A stretch of 60,016 bases of DNA, the filler included. It is 8 parts of 8 records of this genome, joined end to end, with 100 filler letters (N's around TTAATTAATTAA, not from the genome) between each part and the next. Parts side by side here need not be neighbours in the genome. Positions count along the whole stretch, not along the records: positions 53,104 to 60,016 come from SRR31156797_30316; 7 more parts are not named here. One strand, 5' to 3'. Position 1 is the first letter of the stretch. Every line of letters begins with the position of its first letter. Of the stretch, positions 56,671 to 60,016 are shown piece after piece. The notes under the pieces are model-generated. The model saw only the letters and a list, made by a program, of their open reading frames with translations, did not search any database and had not been told where the DNA came from. Both the position numbers and the translations under genes were made by a program.

Positions 56671-57456
56671 ATGTGGAATACCCTTCAGCAACTGAGAAAG
56701 CATTACCTTGATTTGCATCTGGATCAGGTGATCGATTATGAAAAATTTTCGATGATTTCCATTGTTTATCATTCCACAAAAATTGAAGGATGCTCACTCA
56801 CAGAAACTGATACACAACTTCTGCTCGAAAAGGATATCACTGCAAAAGGGAAACCACTTTCCGACCACCTGATGATAAAAGATCATTTTGAGGCTTTTAA
56901 ATTTGTGAAATCACAAGCTGAAAATAAGCGTGAAATTACCACCGGATTTATACAGGAAGTTGCTGCAATGGTGATGAAAAACACAGGTGGAACGGTTAGC
57001 ACAATCTCCGGAGATTTTGACACCACAAAGGGTGATCTTCGAAAAGCCCAGGTTTTGGTTGAAAAAAAATACTTTCCTGATTTTCATAAAGTGCCAGGCA
57101 TGCTTGAAAAACTTGTTGAGTTTGTCAACGCAAAAATGGCTGAAGTCACCTGGAATGATATCCTGAAACTTGCGGCTGACGTGCATTATAACCTGGTGAA
57201 TATTCATCCGTTTGGTGATGGGAATGGTAGGGTTTCAAGGTTGATGATGAATTATGTACAGCTTTATCATCGTGAGCCGCTGGTAAAAATATTTACAGAA
57301 GACCGTGCTGAATACATCAATGCGCTAAATCTTGCAGAAGAGAAAGAAGATATCTCAATTTTTCGTGACTTCATTTGCCAACAACAAATCAAATTTTTTG
57401 AAACTGAGATAGCAAAGTTCAGCAAAAAAGACAATGGGTTTACGATGATGTTTTAG
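56671..57456 (+). CDS. Fic family protein with N-terminal inhibitory motif (class II-like)
   Basis: HPFGDGNGRVSR catalytic motif; STKIEG matches (S/T)xxxE(G/N). Confidence 0.93.
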   Translation: MWNTLQQLRKHYLDLHLDQVIDYEKFSMISIVYHSTKIEGCSLTETDTQLLLEKDITAKGKPLSDHLMIKDHFEAFKFVKSQAENKREITTGFIQEVAAMVMKNTGGTVSTISGDFDTTKGDLRKAQVLVEKKYFPDFHKVPGMLEKLVEFVNAKMAEVTWNDILKLAADVHYNLVNIHPFGDGNGRVSRLMMNYVQLYHREPLVKIFTEDRAEYINALNLAEEKEDISIFRDFICQQQIKFFETEIAKFSKKDNGFTMMF

Positions 57457-57507
57457 CCGGTTCATATCAAAATAAATATCGAATTATATCAGATATGAAT
57501 AAAAATT

Positions 57508-57816
57508 TTAGCCTCTTGATGCTAACCTGGTCTGAGATTTCGATGGATTCTGTCTCATATTTAAAACAGCCATAATTATTACCACTGACTTTTTTATCTC
57601 ATAATAAATAAAATAGGGAAATCGACTAGCATGCATTCGGTAATAACCATTTTGTTTATTGTGAATGCCTGCATATAACCACAACGATTGAAAGTCAGTT
57701 AGTACGCTGTCACGGAAATACTTTTCCAATCCCGCGGATTGAAGTTCATAAAAACATTCTGCCTTATCCGGATCGTGGCTAACCTCCTCAATTGCAATTA
57801 TTTTGGTGATTTTCAT
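57508..57816 (-). CDS. RelE/ParE family toxin, possibly degenerate
   Basis: FYELQSAGL..YF.DS...D..SL...AGIH...YRM...RFPY.IYY...AVL.MR.NP. Confidence 0.8.
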   Translation of the reverse strand: MKITKIIAIEEVSHDPDKAECFYELQSAGLEKYFRDSVLTDFQSLWLYAGIHNKQNGYYRMHASRFPYFIYYEIKKSVVIIMAVLNMRQNPSKSQTRLASRG

Positions 57817-58019
57817 AAACTGCTGCGTCGTAAATCGTCAAGTGTGACAAATTTCGCCTCACCATTTTCAATCTTATTACGCCTTTCGTTTAGCACATCC
57901 TTATGTCATGCAGGTGTAGTCAGGTTTTCATCTTTCTGCTTTAAACTTGACCATAATTTTTCAATCAGAAATAATTTTTCTTCAATTGATAGTTTATCTA
58001 TATCTGCCGTTGTGATCAT
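57813..58019 (-). pseudogene. Addiction-module antitoxin (TIGR02574-like) with in-frame TGA at codon 38; missed by the ORF track
   Basis: Manual translation MITTADIDKLSIEEKLFLIEKLWSSLKQKDENLTTPA*HKDVLNERRNKIENGEAKFVTLDDLRRSSL*; ATGA overlap with the toxin start. Confidence 0.85.
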
Positions 58020-58106
58020 TATAATAGTGTTTTTTACAAAACTAAGAAATAAGGTGTTATGTTTTGCGCGATTTTGATTTTAATTAAATTGGAGAAAAAT
58101 ACGCGT

Positions 58107-58137
58107 AATAGATATCGAGTGAAGCGAGATATCTATT
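58107..58137. repeat. 10-bp palindrome with a GAGTGAAGCGA loop
   Basis: AATAGATATC-N11-GATATCTATT. Confidence 0.6.
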
Positions 58138-58209
58138 GTTTTGTACATCAACATCAGTTTAAAGACAAGCAATAATTTTATGTTTGGATAATTTCCAAAA
58201 AAGTTGAAA

Positions 58210-58959
58210 TCAAAATTCCTTCCCAATCTGTTTATCAATCTCTACCACTTTTCTGATTTTATCCACATCACTTACAGCAATTTCAAATTCCGGTATTTGA
58301 GGTAGTCCGCCCATAAAAACACCATCCCGCCTGAAAATCATCTTGCTTTTGATCATGTGCGATCCTGTCAGGTGAAATTCCTGAGCACCGGTTTCCCTGA
58401 TCATCAGTTCAATATTGGTTTCGTCAATTCCGGCTCCGGGCATGATGATGATCCGTTTTCCAGCCTTTTGAACCAATTTGGCAATTAATTCATGTCCTTC
58501 AGGAGCTTCGTTTTTTTGACCGGATGTTAAGATCCGATCGGCACCGGTTTTTACAATATCCTCAAGCGCTTCGAACGGATCCGGGGTCATATCAAAAGCA
58601 CGGTGGAAAGTGACGTTCATGGGCCGTGCAAGCTCCACGATTTCCTGTGTTCGTTCCATATCCACGGTTCCATCGGAATGCAGGAAGCCCACCACCACAC
58701 CATTGCAACCTGCTTCTTTGCAAAAACGGATGTCTTCACGGATCATTTCCATTTCGACGGCATCAAATAAAAAATCACCGCCACGTGGCCTGATCAGCAC
58801 ATGCAGCCTGATGTCGAGATATTTCCGGGCAAACCTTATGGTTGCCGGGCTGGGCGTAGTTCCACCTTCATATAGGTTATCACAAAGTTCAACCCGGCAG
58901 GCTCCGGCCTTTTGAGCATTGAGGGCAGATTGCAGTCCGTTTGCGCAAATTTCAATCAT
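58210..58959 (-). CDS. cutC: Copper homeostasis protein CutC
   Basis: RVELC..L.EGGTTPS, LIRPRGGDF, TFHRAFD, RILTSG, MPGAG. Confidence 0.95.
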   Translation of the reverse strand: MIEICANGLQSALNAQKAGACRVELCDNLYEGGTTPSPATIRFARKYLDIRLHVLIRPRGGDFLFDAVEMEMIREDIRFCKEAGCNGVVVGFLHSDGTVDMERTQEIVELARPMNVTFHRAFDMTPDPFEALEDIVKTGADRILTSGQKNEAPEGHELIAKLVQKAGKRIIIMPGAGIDETNIELMIRETGAQEFHLTGSHMIKSKMIFRRDGVFMGGLPQIPEFEIAVSDVDKIRKVVEIDKQIGKEF

Positions 58960-59035
58960 TTTAAAATAGGTTTTGACAAAAGTATTATCTTTAATTTTTC
59001 ATTAATGAATCAAAAAGAAAAATTCAGATTAATCC

Positions 59036-59941
59036 ATGATTATACCTCCTCCGCTAAAGCCAGGAAGCACCATCGGATTGGTTTCGCCAGCCAAAGCAAT
59101 TGCCCGATCCATCATTGATAATGCGGTACAAATTATACAGCATTTAGGTTACAAGGTAAAATTGGGCAAGCACTTGTTGGCTGGTGGAAATTACCTTGCA
59201 GGTAGTGATGCACAACGCGCAGCCGATTTCCAGCAAATGCTGGATGATCCCGAAATAGAAATGATACTTTGTTCAAGAGGGGGCTATGGTTCCTCCAGGA
59301 TAATTTACCGGCTGGATTTCTCGAAATTCAAAAACCACCCAAAGTGGGTTGCCGGCTACAGCGATATCACTGTGTTTCATGCGCATTTATTTAATCTTGG
59401 TTTCGAAAGCCTGCACTGCACCATGCCACTTGATTTTCCGGAAAATGGAACAGTCTCAAAGCCGGTGAAACAACTTTTTGAGGCCGCTTCAGGAAATCCA
59501 TTGGAATACAAATTTGAAGCATCAAACCATAACAGAATGGGTAATGCCAAAGGTTTGCTGGCAGGTGGAAACCTTTCGGTGTTTACAGGTTTGTTGGGTT
59601 CTGCTTCAGATATTGATACAACCGGAAAAATCCTGTTTCTGGAAGATGTTGGCGAGGATTTGTATCGCATCGACCGGATGATGGTATCCCTGAAAAGAGC
59701 TGGAAAACTGAATAATTTGTCTGGATTATTGCTGGGAGGTTTTACAGGTTTAAATCCGGGTTCACCCAGGTTTGATTTTACTGTAGAAGAGATTATCATG
59801 GACGCTGTTTCTCAATTTAATTTTCCGGTGGCATTTGGGTTTCCGGCAGGGCATTTTCCTGAGAATTATCCATTGGTTATGGGAAGGATGATGATGATGG
59901 AAGTTGGGGAGGAGGGAGTTGTTGTGAGGGGTGAGCGATGA
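59036..59941 (+). CDS. ldcA: LD-carboxypeptidase (peptidase S66)
   Basis: RGGYG, GYSDIT, GGNLS, LFLEDVGE, GH. Confidence 0.9.
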   Translation: MIIPPPLKPGSTIGLVSPAKAIARSIIDNAVQIIQHLGYKVKLGKHLLAGGNYLAGSDAQRAADFQQMLDDPEIEMILCSRGGYGSSRIIYRLDFSKFKNHPKWVAGYSDITVFHAHLFNLGFESLHCTMPLDFPENGTVSKPVKQLFEAASGNPLEYKFEASNHNRMGNAKGLLAGGNLSVFTGLLGSASDIDTTGKILFLEDVGEDLYRIDRMMVSLKRAGKLNNLSGLLLGGFTGLNPGSPRFDFTVEEIIMDAVSQFNFPVAFGFPAGHFPENYPLVMGRMMMMEVGEEGVVVRGER

Positions 59942-59987
59942 GAGATGAGCGATGAGTGGTGAACTCGTAAGTAGAAAGTAAGAAGTA
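59923..59987. repeat. Heptamer tandem repeats spanning the ldcA stop
   Basis: tgtgagg ggtgagc gatgaga gatgagc gatgagt ggtgaac, then gtaagta gaaagta agaagta. Confidence 0.75.
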
Positions 59988-60016
59988 TGTCTTGTCCTGA
60001 AATAGGTTTACATAAA

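Overview
This window is not one locus. It is eight contigs (about 6-10 kb each) joined by artificial 100-nt linkers (44 N + TTAATTAATTAA + 44 N). Contigs 1 (1-9978), 2 (10079-19187) and 8 (53104-60016) look like Bacteroidota (T9SS C-terminal domains, TonB receptor, TAnnTTTG promoters). Contigs 3-5 (19288-39707) look like Desulfobacterota (LutABC, MCP, hybrid kinase with sigma54 regulator, DeaD). Contigs 6-7 (39808-53003) look like spirochaetes (LysM/lipoprotein pair, FMNylated flavoproteins, sugar ABC). Taxonomy is inferred from gene content only. No rRNA, tRNA or CRISPR array was seen. Best leads: (1) a ~210-aa helical+Ig-like orphan gene beside a non-coding array of TTCT-N9-AGAA palindromes with ~21-nt phasing; (2) an integron-like gene cassette in a Bacteroidota contig; (3) a group IIC-like intron 5' fragment at the R'' end of an attC site, directly upstream of a lipoprotein WD40-caspase gene; (4) a NUDIX gene bracketed by two covarying GTAG-REP hairpins; (5) two genes broken by a single in-frame TGA at a likely Trp position, including an unannotated antitoxin. 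All family assignments come from motif recognition, not database searches.
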